Source of the DNA: an uncultured Lactobacillus sp.
GTDB lineage: Bacteria; Bacillota; Bacilli; Lactobacillales; Lactobacillaceae
NCBI RefSeq assembly: GCF_944327175.1
Contig: NZ_CALVGT010000055.1
Location: forward strand, 10,121 to 74,120
DNA length: 64,000 nt
Direction: 5' to 3'
Part shown: in pieces, positions 41,025 through 49,228 of the stretch
Layout of the letters: the number at the start of each line of letters is the position of its first letter
Numbering within the stretch: position 1 is the stretch's first letter
Position numbers and translations under genes: made by a program
Notes under the pieces: model-generated
What the model was told of the DNA's origin: nothing
Seen by the model: only the letters and a program-made list of their open reading frames with translations
Databases searched by the model: none

Positions 41025-42124
41025 TGAAAGTACTGCATATTAACGCCGGCCTGGAAAGCGGGGGCGGGCTGACCCATATCGTGAACCTGCTTTCCCAGGC
41101 CAAAAAGGCGGGGCAGGATTTTGACATCTTGACCTTTGCTGAAGGGCCGGTTGCCCAGGCTGCCCGGGAAAAAGGGATCAAGGTGATTGTTTTAGGTGGC
41201 TCCAGCCGCTACGACCTGGCCCTGCTCAAGCGGCTGAAAAAGACAATCAAGGATGGGCATTACGACCTGGTCCACAGCCATGGAGCCCGGGCCAACCTTT
41301 TTGTCAGCTTGATCAAGTCATCCTTGCCTTGTCCCTGGCTGATCACGGTCCACTCGGATCCGGCGATCGACTTTGAAGGACGGGGAATCGCGGGGAAGAT
41401 TTTTACCAAGCTGAACCTGCGGGCGATCAAGCAGGCCGATGGTGTCTTTGCCATCACTCCCCGTTTTGAAAAAATTCTGCTGAATTACGGAGTAAAGCCC
41501 AGCCGGATTTACGTTATCTATAACGGGATCAGCTTTAGGGACAATAGAAATATAGCAGGCAAGGAAGACCACGCCGGCTTCAACATCATCAATGTTGGCC
41601 GCCTGGAAAAGGTCAAGGGGCAAGATCTTTTGCTCAAGGCCTTTAAAGCAGCCAATTTGCCGCAAGCCCACCTCTATATCGCCGGCAGCGGCAGCCAGGA
41701 AGCGGACTTGAAAAAATTACGGCAGGATTTGGCCTTAACCGACCAAGTGACTTTTACCGGCTTTTTGACCCAGGAAGAATTAAGGCAGCTCTACCGGAAG
41801 ATGGACCTGGCCGTCTTGTCTTCTTACTCAGAAAGCTTCCCCCTGGTCTTGCTGGAAGCAGCCGACAACCTGCTTCCACTTTTATCTACTGACGTGGGCG
41901 GGGCCAGGGAACTGATTCCAGAAGGAAAAGGCTGGGTTGTGCCGGTCAACGAAGAAAAAAACATGGCCGGTCAGTTAAAAGCAATCGCGGCTTTGCCAAA
42001 AGAAGAGCTCGCAGCAATTGCCCAAGCGGAAAAAGCCTATGCCCGCCAGCACTTTTCCCTGGACCGGCAACTGGCTGATGTTCTGGCCGGCTACCAGGCC
42101 TGCCTGCAAGGAGAAAAAGCATGA
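41024..42124 (+). CDS. Glycosyltransferase family 4 (GT-B, Glycos_transf_1)
   Basis: 366 aa. N-terminal GGL.HI pattern and a C-terminal E(x7)E-like region SESFPLVLLEAAD. Confidence 0.8.
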   Translation: MKVLHINAGLESGGGLTHIVNLLSQAKKAGQDFDILTFAEGPVAQAAREKGIKVIVLGGSSRYDLALLKRLKKTIKDGHYDLVHSHGARANLFVSLIKSSLPCPWLITVHSDPAIDFEGRGIAGKIFTKLNLRAIKQADGVFAITPRFEKILLNYGVKPSRIYVIYNGISFRDNRNIAGKEDHAGFNIINVGRLEKVKGQDLLLKAFKAANLPQAHLYIAGSGSQEADLKKLRQDLALTDQVTFTGFLTQEELRQLYRKMDLAVLSSYSESFPLVLLEAADNLLPLLSTDVGGARELIPEGKGWVVPVNEEKNMAGQLKAIAALPKEELAAIAQAEKAYARQHFSLDRQLADVLAGYQACLQGEKA

Positions 42125-42822
42125 TTCCCAAAATTATCCACTATGTCTGGGTGGGCGGCAATCCCAAGTCCAAGACCATCCAGACCTGTCTGGCCTCTTG
42201 GCAAAAGCGCCTGCCGGACTATGAAATCATCGAATGGAACGAAGATAAGCTGGACCTGAATGCCAACAAATATGTCAAGCAGGCCTACCAGGCCAAGAAG
42301 TGGGCCTTCGTTTCCGACTATGTCCGGGCCAAGGCCCTCTATGAAATGGGCGGGATCTACCTGGACACCGACGTCATGGTCTTAAAAGATTTTGACGACT
42401 TGCTAAATGACCGGGCCTTTATCGGCTTTGAAAACAATGACTACCTGTCCGCTGCAATCATCGCGGCGGAGAAGGGGCATCCTTTTATGGCTGACATTCT
42501 GCACTACTATGACGACCTGGATTTTGCCTTTGACCAAAAGGACCAGCTGGCCGGGGTCAACTCCCTGTCTGTCACGGAAATTCTCAAAGAAAAGTATGGC
42601 CTTAAGACCGGCAACCAAGAACAACTATTAAAGGAAGGAATCCATGTTTATCCAGACGGGATCCTCTGCAACCCTTCCCCTCAGTCCCGGTCCATTCACC
42701 TTTTTACCGGGACCTGGATGGAAGGAAAAAATTCCTGGAAGCACGACCTGGTCACCTTTTTGAAATTACATATCCGCAGTCAAAAAGCTGCAAAAATTTA
42801 CTACCAGCTCTTCAGACGATAA
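42121..42822 (+). CDS. DXD-type glycosyltransferase (Gly_transf_sug / GT32-like)
   Basis: IPKIIHYVWVGG...WNE...SDYVRAKALYEMGGIYLDTDV is the signature of PF04488. Confidence 0.78.
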   Translation: MIPKIIHYVWVGGNPKSKTIQTCLASWQKRLPDYEIIEWNEDKLDLNANKYVKQAYQAKKWAFVSDYVRAKALYEMGGIYLDTDVMVLKDFDDLLNDRAFIGFENNDYLSAAIIAAEKGHPFMADILHYYDDLDFAFDQKDQLAGVNSLSVTEILKEKYGLKTGNQEQLLKEGIHVYPDGILCNPSPQSRSIHLFTGTWMEGKNSWKHDLVTFLKLHIRSQKAAKIYYQLFRR

Positions 42823-42926
42823 TTTTTTAAAGAATCTCGTGAAAATACATTTCTGAAAACAGGGACTGCATTTTTTGAGTATAATTAAAGGTAGAAAACA
42901 CGAAGTAGAAGATTGCGAGGCAGCAA

Positions 42927-43757
42927 ATGAGAGAGTTGCAAAAGAAAATTGTCGAATATGAGCACGTTTTGCCGGAAATCGATCCCCAGGAAGAAATCCG
43001 CAAGACGGTTGACTTCTTAAAAGGTTACTTGAAGGCTAACCCCTTCTTGAAGTCATATGTTTTGGGGATTTCCGGGGGCCAGGACTCAACCTTGACCGGG
43101 AAGCTGACCCAAATGGCAATTTCCGAAATGCGGGAAGAAACTGGCGATGACAGCTACAAGTTCATCGCTGTCCGCCTGCCATATGGCGTCCAGGCCGATG
43201 CCGCTGATGCCGCTGACGCGGTAGCCTTCATCCAGCCGGATGTGGACTTGATCGAAAACATCAAGCCAGCCACTGACGCCATGGTGGCGACCTTGAAGGA
43301 AACGGGCGTGGAAATGACCGACTTTAACAAGGGCAACATCAAGGCCCGGCAAAGAATGGTCATGCAGTATGCCATTGCTGGGGCTAACGAGGGCGCGGTT
43401 GTGGGGACTGACCACGCGGCCGAAAACTTCTCTGGCTTCTACACCAAGTACGGCGATGGCGCGGCTGACCTGACCCCGCTCTTCCGTTTGGACAAGCGGC
43501 AGGGCAAGCAGCTCCTGGCTGCTTTGGGCTGCCCGGAACACCTTTATTTGAAGGCCCCGACGGCCGACCTGGAAGAAGAAAAGCCATCCTTGCCGGATGA
43601 AGTTGCCTTGGGCGTGACCTACGAGGAAATCGATGACTACCTGGAAGGCCGGGAAGTCAGCGACCAGGCAGCGGAAAGAATCGAAGAATTGTGGACCAAG
43701 AGCGAGCACAAACGCCACCTACCGGTTACAATTTTTGATGATTATTACAAAAAATAG
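42927..43757 (+). CDS. nadE: NH3-dependent NAD+ synthetase
   Basis: PP-loop SGGQDST. 276 aa, typical NadE. Confidence 0.95.
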   Translation: MRELQKKIVEYEHVLPEIDPQEEIRKTVDFLKGYLKANPFLKSYVLGISGGQDSTLTGKLTQMAISEMREETGDDSYKFIAVRLPYGVQADAADAADAVAFIQPDVDLIENIKPATDAMVATLKETGVEMTDFNKGNIKARQRMVMQYAIAGANEGAVVGTDHAAENFSGFYTKYGDGAADLTPLFRLDKRQGKQLLAALGCPEHLYLKAPTADLEEEKPSLPDEVALGVTYEEIDDYLEGREVSDQAAERIEELWTKSEHKRHLPVTIFDDYYKK

Positions 43758-43777
43758 GGGCAGATTTGGTAAAAAAC

Positions 43778-43806
43778 TTGTTTCAAGCGCCAATTTTTGC
43801 TATATT
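43778..43806 (+). promoter_or_regulatory. Candidate promoter of the riboswitch/ATPase transcript
   Basis: TTGTTT, 17 nt spacer, TATATT. Confidence 0.45.
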
Positions 43807-43814
43807 AATCGTGT

Positions 43815-43946
43815 CATAAGGGAGTAACGGCAAGCATAGCTTGCGACAAGCCCAACAGCCGGGAGCCGTGTTGGTTACCTGGGCTTGTCTTAATTAGTGA
43901 GACTTATGTGCTTTTGTTAAGGGGCACGTAAGTCTCTTTTCTTTTT
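43815..43946 (+). promoter_or_regulatory. yybP-ykoY-like (Mn2+) riboswitch with terminator expression platform
   Basis: P1 is CATAAG (43815-20) / CTTATG (43903-08). 5-prime conserved block GGAGTAACGG (compare GGGGAGUAGCG). 3-prime block TTAGTGAGAC (compare UUAGCAAGAC). Two internal hairpins. Terminator GAGACTTATGTGC / GCACGTAAGTCTC plus T-run (43899-43946) shares CTTATG with P1. Confidence 0.7.
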
Positions 43947-43962
43947 AAAGGAGGAAAATACT

Positions 43963-46629
43963 GTGGCTAAGAAGTATTACAGCCAGGACATCCAGGGCAC
44001 TCTAGCCGAGTTTGGCTCGGACGCCAACCATGGGATCAGTTCGGCTGAAGCCAAGAAGCGCCTGGACCAATACGGCCCGAACGCTTTGGCCGGCAAAAAG
44101 AAACGTTCAATGTTTGCCCGCTTCATGGACCAGTTCAAGGACTTGATGATCATCGTCCTGCTGGTTGCCGCTGTTTTGTCCGGGGTAGTTGCCCAGGAAT
44201 GGACAGACGCGGGGATTATTTTAGTAGTCGTGCTTTTGAACGCGGTCCTGGGCGTGATCCAGGAAGCTCGGTCAGAAGCAGCGATTGAAGCCTTGAAGGA
44301 CATGTCCACGCCAAGCGCCAGGGTGCGCCGGGACGGAGCGGTAATTGAAGTTCCGTCAACGGATATCGTGCCAGGTGACGTGGTCTTGCTGGAAGCCGGT
44401 GACGTGGTTCCGGCCGACCTGCGTCTTTTGGTAGCGGAAAGCTTGAAGATTGAAGAAGCGGCCTTGACCGGGGAATCGGTTCCGGTGGAAAAGAGTAATG
44501 AAACCCTGCATGGGGAGGACATTGCCCTGGGTGACCGGATCAACATGGCTTACTCCAGCACCAACGTGACCTATGGACGCGGGGAAGGTGTGGTTGTCGC
44601 TACGGGGATGAACACGGAAGTCGGCAACATCGCCAAGATGCTGAACGAAGCTGACGAAACTGACACTCCTCTTAAGCAGAACTTGAACCAGCTGGGCAAG
44701 ACCCTGACTTACATGATCCTGGCCATCTGTGTGGTCGTCTTCATTATCGGGGTTATCCGGAACCCGCAGCATGAACCGATGAATGCTTTGCTGATCGACA
44801 TGTTCTTGACGGCGGTTTCTCTGGCAGTTGCCGCTATTCCAGAAGGTCTGCCGGCGATCGTTACGATCATTTTGGCCCTGGGTACCCAGACCATGGCTGA
44901 TCACAAGGCTATCGTCAGAAAGCTGCCAGCCGTTGAAACCTTGGGGGCAACGGACATCATTGCTTCTGACAAGACTGGTACCTTGACCCAGAACCGGATG
45001 ACGGTGGAAAAGGTCTACTACGACGGGATCCTGCATGATGCTAGCGATGACATCGACTTGACCAACCAGGCCTTGATTACCATGCTTTTGGCCAATGACA
45101 CCAAGATTCAAGACGGAGGGGAGCTCTTGGGTGACCCGACTGAAACTGCCCTGGTGCAATATGGCTTTCACAAGGATCTGCCAGTTAATGACTTTTTGGC
45201 AGAACACCCACGGGTACAGGAAGTACCATTTGACTCTGACCGGAAGTTGATGAGTACGGTCAACAAATATGACGGCCAGTTTATGGTTGCCGTCAAGGGC
45301 GCGCCGGACATGCTTTTGGAAAGAGTCAAGTATGTCAACATTAACGGCGAGCTGAGCGAAATCAGCGCTGAACAAAAGAAGGCCATTTTGGAAAGCAACA
45401 ATGAAATGGCCAAGCAAGCCCTCCGGGTCTTGGCGATGGCTTACAAGGTTGTTGACCAGCCATACGGTGACCCAACGACTGATAATGTTGAACAAGATCT
45501 GATCTTTGCCGGTTTGGTCGGCATGATCGACCCAGAGCGTCCGGAAGCCAAGGACGCGATCGTGGAAGCTCACCGGGCCGGGATCAGAACGATTATGATT
45601 ACTGGTGACCACCAAGTTACGGCGCAGGCGATTGCCGAACGGCTGGGCCTGGTTGAAAAGGGCCGTAACGATGCCGTGATTACCGGGGCGCAATTGGACA
45701 AGCTGAGCGACGACTACTTCACCAAGCATGTCGGTGACTACAGTGTTTATGCCCGGGTTTCACCAGAACACAAGGTTAGAATCGTGAAGGCCTGGCAGGC
45801 AAATGGCAAGATCGTGGCCATGACTGGTGACGGGGTCAACGACGCGCCGAGTCTGAAGCAGGCCGACATCGGGGTCGGCATGGGGATTACCGGTACGGAA
45901 GTCTCCAAGGGCGCGGCTGATATGGTTCTGGCTGACGACAACTTCGCGACGATCGTGGAAGCGGTCAAGCAAGGGCGGAAGGTCTTCGCCAACATTCAGA
46001 AGGCGATTCTGTACTTGATGAGCTGCAACGTCGGCGAAGTATTGACGGTCTTCTTGATGACTTTGCTGGGCTGGGATGTTTTGAAGCCAGTGCAGCTTTT
46101 GTGGATCAACCTGGTAACTGACACCCTACCGGCGATTGCCTTGGGGGTTGAACCGATTGAAAAGGGGATCATGAACAAGAAGCCGCGGGGGAAGAATTCC
46201 AACTTCTTCTCAGGTGGCGTGGCCAGCTCAATCATCTACCAGGGGATCCTGGAAGGTGCTTTGGTCTTGACCGCTTATGGTTTGGGTCTGCACGTTTTGC
46301 CGCGGGGGACTAACCCACATGAGGACGCCTTGACCATGGCCTTCCTCACTTTGGGACTAATCCAGCTCTTCCACGCGGTCAACTCCAAGTACGTGAAGCA
46401 GTCAATCTGCCAAAAGAGCACTTTTGCCAACAAGTGGTTTAATGGCGCGATTGTTCTGTCAGCCTTGATTATGGCGGCAGTTGAATTGCCATTCTTGACT
46501 AGAGTCTTCTCAGTTTCAGAATTGCACCTGGACCAATGGCTGACTGTCTTGGGGATGGGCGTTTTGATGATCGTGATCGTCGAAATCGTTAAGTTCTTTG
46601 AGAGAAAAGCTGATCAACGGAACAATTAA
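43963..46629 (+). CDS. P-type (type II, Ca2+/Mn2+-transporting-like) cation ATPase
   Basis: GTG start after AGGAGG. DKTGTLT phosphorylation site, TGDGVNDAPSLKQADIGVGM hinge, TGES actuator motif. 888 aa with 10 TM. Confidence 0.92.
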   Translation: MAKKYYSQDIQGTLAEFGSDANHGISSAEAKKRLDQYGPNALAGKKKRSMFARFMDQFKDLMIIVLLVAAVLSGVVAQEWTDAGIILVVVLLNAVLGVIQEARSEAAIEALKDMSTPSARVRRDGAVIEVPSTDIVPGDVVLLEAGDVVPADLRLLVAESLKIEEAALTGESVPVEKSNETLHGEDIALGDRINMAYSSTNVTYGRGEGVVVATGMNTEVGNIAKMLNEADETDTPLKQNLNQLGKTLTYMILAICVVVFIIGVIRNPQHEPMNALLIDMFLTAVSLAVAAIPEGLPAIVTIILALGTQTMADHKAIVRKLPAVETLGATDIIASDKTGTLTQNRMTVEKVYYDGILHDASDDIDLTNQALITMLLANDTKIQDGGELLGDPTETALVQYGFHKDLPVNDFLAEHPRVQEVPFDSDRKLMSTVNKYDGQFMVAVKGAPDMLLERVKYVNINGELSEISAEQKKAILESNNEMAKQALRVLAMAYKVVDQPYGDPTTDNVEQDLIFAGLVGMIDPERPEAKDAIVEAHRAGIRTIMITGDHQVTAQAIAERLGLVEKGRNDAVITGAQLDKLSDDYFTKHVGDYSVYARVSPEHKVRIVKAWQANGKIVAMTGDGVNDAPSLKQADIGVGMGITGTEVSKGAADMVLADDNFATIVEAVKQGRKVFANIQKAILYLMSCNVGEVLTVFLMTLLGWDVLKPVQLLWINLVTDTLPAIALGVEPIEKGIMNKKPRGKNSNFFSGGVASSIIYQGILEGALVLTAYGLGLHVLPRGTNPHEDALTMAFLTLGLIQLFHAVNSKYVKQSICQKSTFANKWFNGAIVLSALIMAAVELPFLTRVFSVSELHLDQWLTVLGMGVLMIVIVEIVKFFERKADQRNN

Positions 46630-46646
46630 AGATAATAATTAGCAAA

Positions 46647-46677
46647 AATGCCTGGACGTAAGTCCGGGCATTTTTTT
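46647..46677 (+). terminator. Intrinsic terminator after the ATPase
   Basis: AATGCCTGGAC gtaa GTCCGGGCATT followed by a T-run. Confidence 0.85.
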
Positions 46678-46804
46678 GCGTGAAAAGAAAGGCAGAGTGA
46701 AATTGTAATTGCTTGAGCCGGCTGCAATAATCTTTATATTATGTTAATAATAATGAGGTATCTGGAGTAAATAATAATATAAAGCGCTTTTCTTAGAAAA
46801 AGTA

Positions 46805-46832
46805 TTGACGTAAGTTCAGATTGAACTATAAT
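46805..46832 (+). promoter_or_regulatory. Promoter of permease paralog 1
   Basis: AAAAAGTATTGACG, 16 nt spacer, TATAAT. It shares the 13-nt block AAAAAGTATTGAC with the promoter at 47833. Confidence 0.6.
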
Positions 46833-46894
46833 CAAAGGAGAAAAGATCACAATTTGTTCACGTTTGTGCTGTGTTAAGTTTTGGAGGAAAGAGT

Positions 46895-47710
46895 ATGTTG
46901 ACCAGAACGAGAAAAATATATGTGGGAGCAGTAGCGATCTACTTGCTAATAATCGCAGGACAAGTGGCGTATGCTATTTATGACAATCCTACCCCGTTTA
47001 AAGATAACACATACGCCTTTGATTATTTGTTTGATACGGTTCAACCGTTAGGGGTTGATGAAACTATGATTGGTGCTATTGCTATTTTTCTGTTTGTACC
47101 AATTATTGGGGCCGCTTTAGCAATCTATATTAAGAACAATCACGAGTTGTACAATGTTGTGGGGCGAACAGGTTGGAAAAAATTTTTTGCTAGAAATATA
47201 AGTTATACGTTTTTGGGCGGATTAGGCTTATATTGGTTGGGCTGTCTGTTAGAAGGGCTGATTATCAGTATTTTCTACCATGGCTTTGTTTATATGCCGT
47301 ACAACGAAATAATACTGATTCGAGGGGACAACTATCTCTCACTTAACAATTTGGCAAATCTTTTGATCAAGATTACTCTTTTTGGCATAGGCTGGGGAAT
47401 TTATGCTGTATTTATTTTCAGTGTGGCTTTGTTCGTTAAGAAAAATAGTCTTTGTCTGTTTTTGGGGCCAGTTGTCGGTTTTATAATAACGCTAACAGGA
47501 AATATATCATCTGATATTGGAGGCACTTTATTTATCGTTTCAAATATCTGGAATACTACCAACATTATTAATCCACTGGAGAATGCCACGGTGGAAAATC
47601 CATCCCCGGCAATCTATTATCTAAATTACGCAACGACCGCGGTTTTCTATATTACGCTAACTGCTTTCCTGTTAAGAATTTGGTACATGAAGAATGTAGA
47701 GAAAGGCTAG
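46895..47710 (+). CDS. 6-TM ABC-2-like permease / putative immunity membrane protein, paralog 1 (start ATG 46895)
   Basis: 271 aa with six hydrophobic spans. GGAGGAAA RBS. About 65% identical by eye to paralog 2. Confidence 0.6.
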   Translation: MLTRTRKIYVGAVAIYLLIIAGQVAYAIYDNPTPFKDNTYAFDYLFDTVQPLGVDETMIGAIAIFLFVPIIGAALAIYIKNNHELYNVVGRTGWKKFFARNISYTFLGGLGLYWLGCLLEGLIISIFYHGFVYMPYNEIILIRGDNYLSLNNLANLLIKITLFGIGWGIYAVFIFSVALFVKKNSLCLFLGPVVGFIITLTGNISSDIGGTLFIVSNIWNTTNIINPLENATVENPSPAIYYLNYATTAVFYITLTAFLLRIWYMKNVEKG

Positions 47711-47832
47711 GCTGGAATGACTTATGTTGGTGTTAATGTATATTTGCCATGCAATAAAAGGTGATTAAAAAGCGGTTCCATACGATTGTGTTAAAATAAA
47801 TACAGTTATTTAATCAAATTTATCAAAAAGTA

Positions 47833-47860
47833 TTGACAGTAGGAGAGAGAGGACTATAAT
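47833..47860 (+). promoter_or_regulatory. Promoter of the secreted-protein operon
   Basis: AAAAAGTATTGACA, 16 nt spacer, TATAAT. Followed by the perfect inverted repeat GTGAATAA-ataaa-TTATTCAC (47868-47888). Confidence 0.6.
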
Positions 47861-47931
47861 CGGAGGTGTGAATAAATAAATTATTCACTTGTTTATGTAT
47901 CAAATGTATTACAAGAAAGAAGGATGAAAAA

Positions 47932-48342
47932 ATGAAACATAAAGTATTATCGAAGGTAGCTTTATGTGGAATGTTGTTGTTACCGTTTGCTAGTGCGGCT
48001 GTTGTTCAAGCAGCGGGAACCTGGACTATTAGTGTTGAAGATGTCTCATCTTACGGAAGATGGAGCAGTTGGGGAAATCCTAATGTTAAGCAGACACAGT
48101 CGTCTTACGCTTCATTTAATGGAGATGCTCTTCCTGGTTCGAGCAGACGAATTTGGGTGAAGCTTATTAATAATAAGGCACAAAGACGCTCCAATACAGT
48201 TGTCTTAAAGAAAGACAAGACCGTACACGCTGGAAATAATACTGGCCTCAGAGATCGTAAGTATTGGGGGGATGCGCGGACTGGGAAAAATGATCCCCAT
48301 GCAACGAGAGTAAAATTCCACTTTAGCGCAGACTATAAGTAG
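47932..48342 (+). CDS. Secreted basic 136-aa protein of unknown family (candidate Sec-dependent bacteriocin-like protein)
   Basis: Signal peptide MKHKVLSKVALCGMLLLPFASAAVVQA / AGTW. The mature part is about 108 aa, rich in K/R/N/W and without Cys. AAGGA RBS. Confidence 0.6.
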   Translation: MKHKVLSKVALCGMLLLPFASAAVVQAAGTWTISVEDVSSYGRWSSWGNPNVKQTQSSYASFNGDALPGSSRRIWVKLINNKAQRRSNTVVLKKDKTVHAGNNTGLRDRKYWGDARTGKNDPHATRVKFHFSADYK

Positions 48343-48363
48343 CCACCGGCTGCTATTTAAAAG

Positions 48364-48394
48364 GCAAAGGAGTAGTGGAACTCTTTTGCTTTTT
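48364..48394 (+). terminator. Hairpin plus T-run between the secreted-protein gene and permease 2 (partial or read-through terminator)
   Basis: GCAAAGGAG tagtggaa CTCTTTTGC followed by TTTTTG. The permease 2 RBS starts 7 nt later, so there is no room for a promoter. Confidence 0.6.
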
Positions 48395-48409
48395 GTGTGT
48401 AGAGGAAAA

Positions 48410-49225
48410 ATGTTAACTAAAACTAAAAAGATTTTTTTTATAGCAACTGTTATTTACTTGCTAGTCATCATAGGGCAAGTGGCGTATGCAATCTATGACA
48501 ATCTTCCAGTATTAAAAAGCAACAATTATGCCTTTGACTATTTATATGATATGGTCCAATACGGTGGTGCAAATGAAACTGTAATTGGAGAAGTTGCTAG
48601 TTATCTATTAGTGCCCATGATTGGTGCTGGTTTGGCTATATATATGAAAAATAGTCATGAACTGTATAGTATCGTTTCACGAATTGGCTGGAGTCAATTT
48701 TTTAAGAAAAGTATAAAATATACTTTTTGGGGCGCAACAATCCTTTATTGGTTGGGCTGTCTGATCGAAATGGTGATAATAAATATTTTCTACCATCACT
48801 TTGTATACCAACCATTTGCACAAGATATTCTGATCCGTGGAGATGGCTACTTTTCACTAAATAATTTAGCTAATTTGGTGATCAAGACCATTCTAAATGG
48901 ATTTGGTTGGGGAATTTTTGCAATTTTCATTTTTAACCTAGCTTTGTTTGTCAAGAAAACCAGTCTTTGCTTCTTTTTAGGTCCCGTTATTGGCTATCTT
49001 ATAACAATTCAAGAATCTTTATCTGGGGATATTGGCGGAACGGTGCGTGTGCTTTCAAATATCTGGGATACTACCAACATTATGAACCCTATAGAGAATG
49101 CCATGGTGCAAGATCCCTCTCCGGCAATCTATTATTTAAATTACGCAACGACCGCGATTTTCTATATTACGCTGACTGCTGTTTTGTTAAGAATTTGGTA
49201 CATGAAGAATGTAGAGAGAGGGTAA
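48410..49225 (+). CDS. 6-TM ABC-2-like permease / putative immunity membrane protein, paralog 2 (start ATG 48410)
   Basis: 271 aa. AGAGGAAAA RBS. The last ~100 nt are nearly identical to paralog 1. Confidence 0.6.
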   Translation: MLTKTKKIFFIATVIYLLVIIGQVAYAIYDNLPVLKSNNYAFDYLYDMVQYGGANETVIGEVASYLLVPMIGAGLAIYMKNSHELYSIVSRIGWSQFFKKSIKYTFWGATILYWLGCLIEMVIINIFYHHFVYQPFAQDILIRGDGYFSLNNLANLVIKTILNGFGWGIFAIFIFNLALFVKKTSLCFFLGPVIGYLITIQESLSGDIGGTVRVLSNIWDTTNIMNPIENAMVQDPSPAIYYLNYATTAIFYITLTAVLLRIWYMKNVERG

Positions 49226-49228
49226 ATT

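Larger units (their letters stand above)
46680..49228. other. AT-rich compositional island
   Basis: By eye roughly one-third G+C, versus about 50% on both flanks. It contains two paralogous permease genes and a secreted-protein gene. No mobility genes are present. Confidence 0.6.

Noticed and set aside
43086-43718. 210-aa minus-strand ORF antisense to nadE. Similar cases lie at 53398-54045 in pcrA, 55220-55846 in ligA, 36673-37218 across the beta-helix B / gntR junction, 305-838 in rpoC and 13274-13886 in rplN/rplX.
   Set aside because: These have the same codon-bias artefact as the ATPase antisense ORF. All are embedded in strongly supported genes on the other strand and have low-complexity, Arg/Pro/Gly-rich translations.
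44356-45729. 457-aa ORF on the minus strand, antisense to the P-type ATPase gene
   Set aside because: It lies entirely inside a well-supported sense gene and has no RBS or recognisable motifs. Its openness is explained by the host's GC-rich third positions: TTA, CTA and TCA are rare in the sense frame, so stops are rare in the antisense frame.
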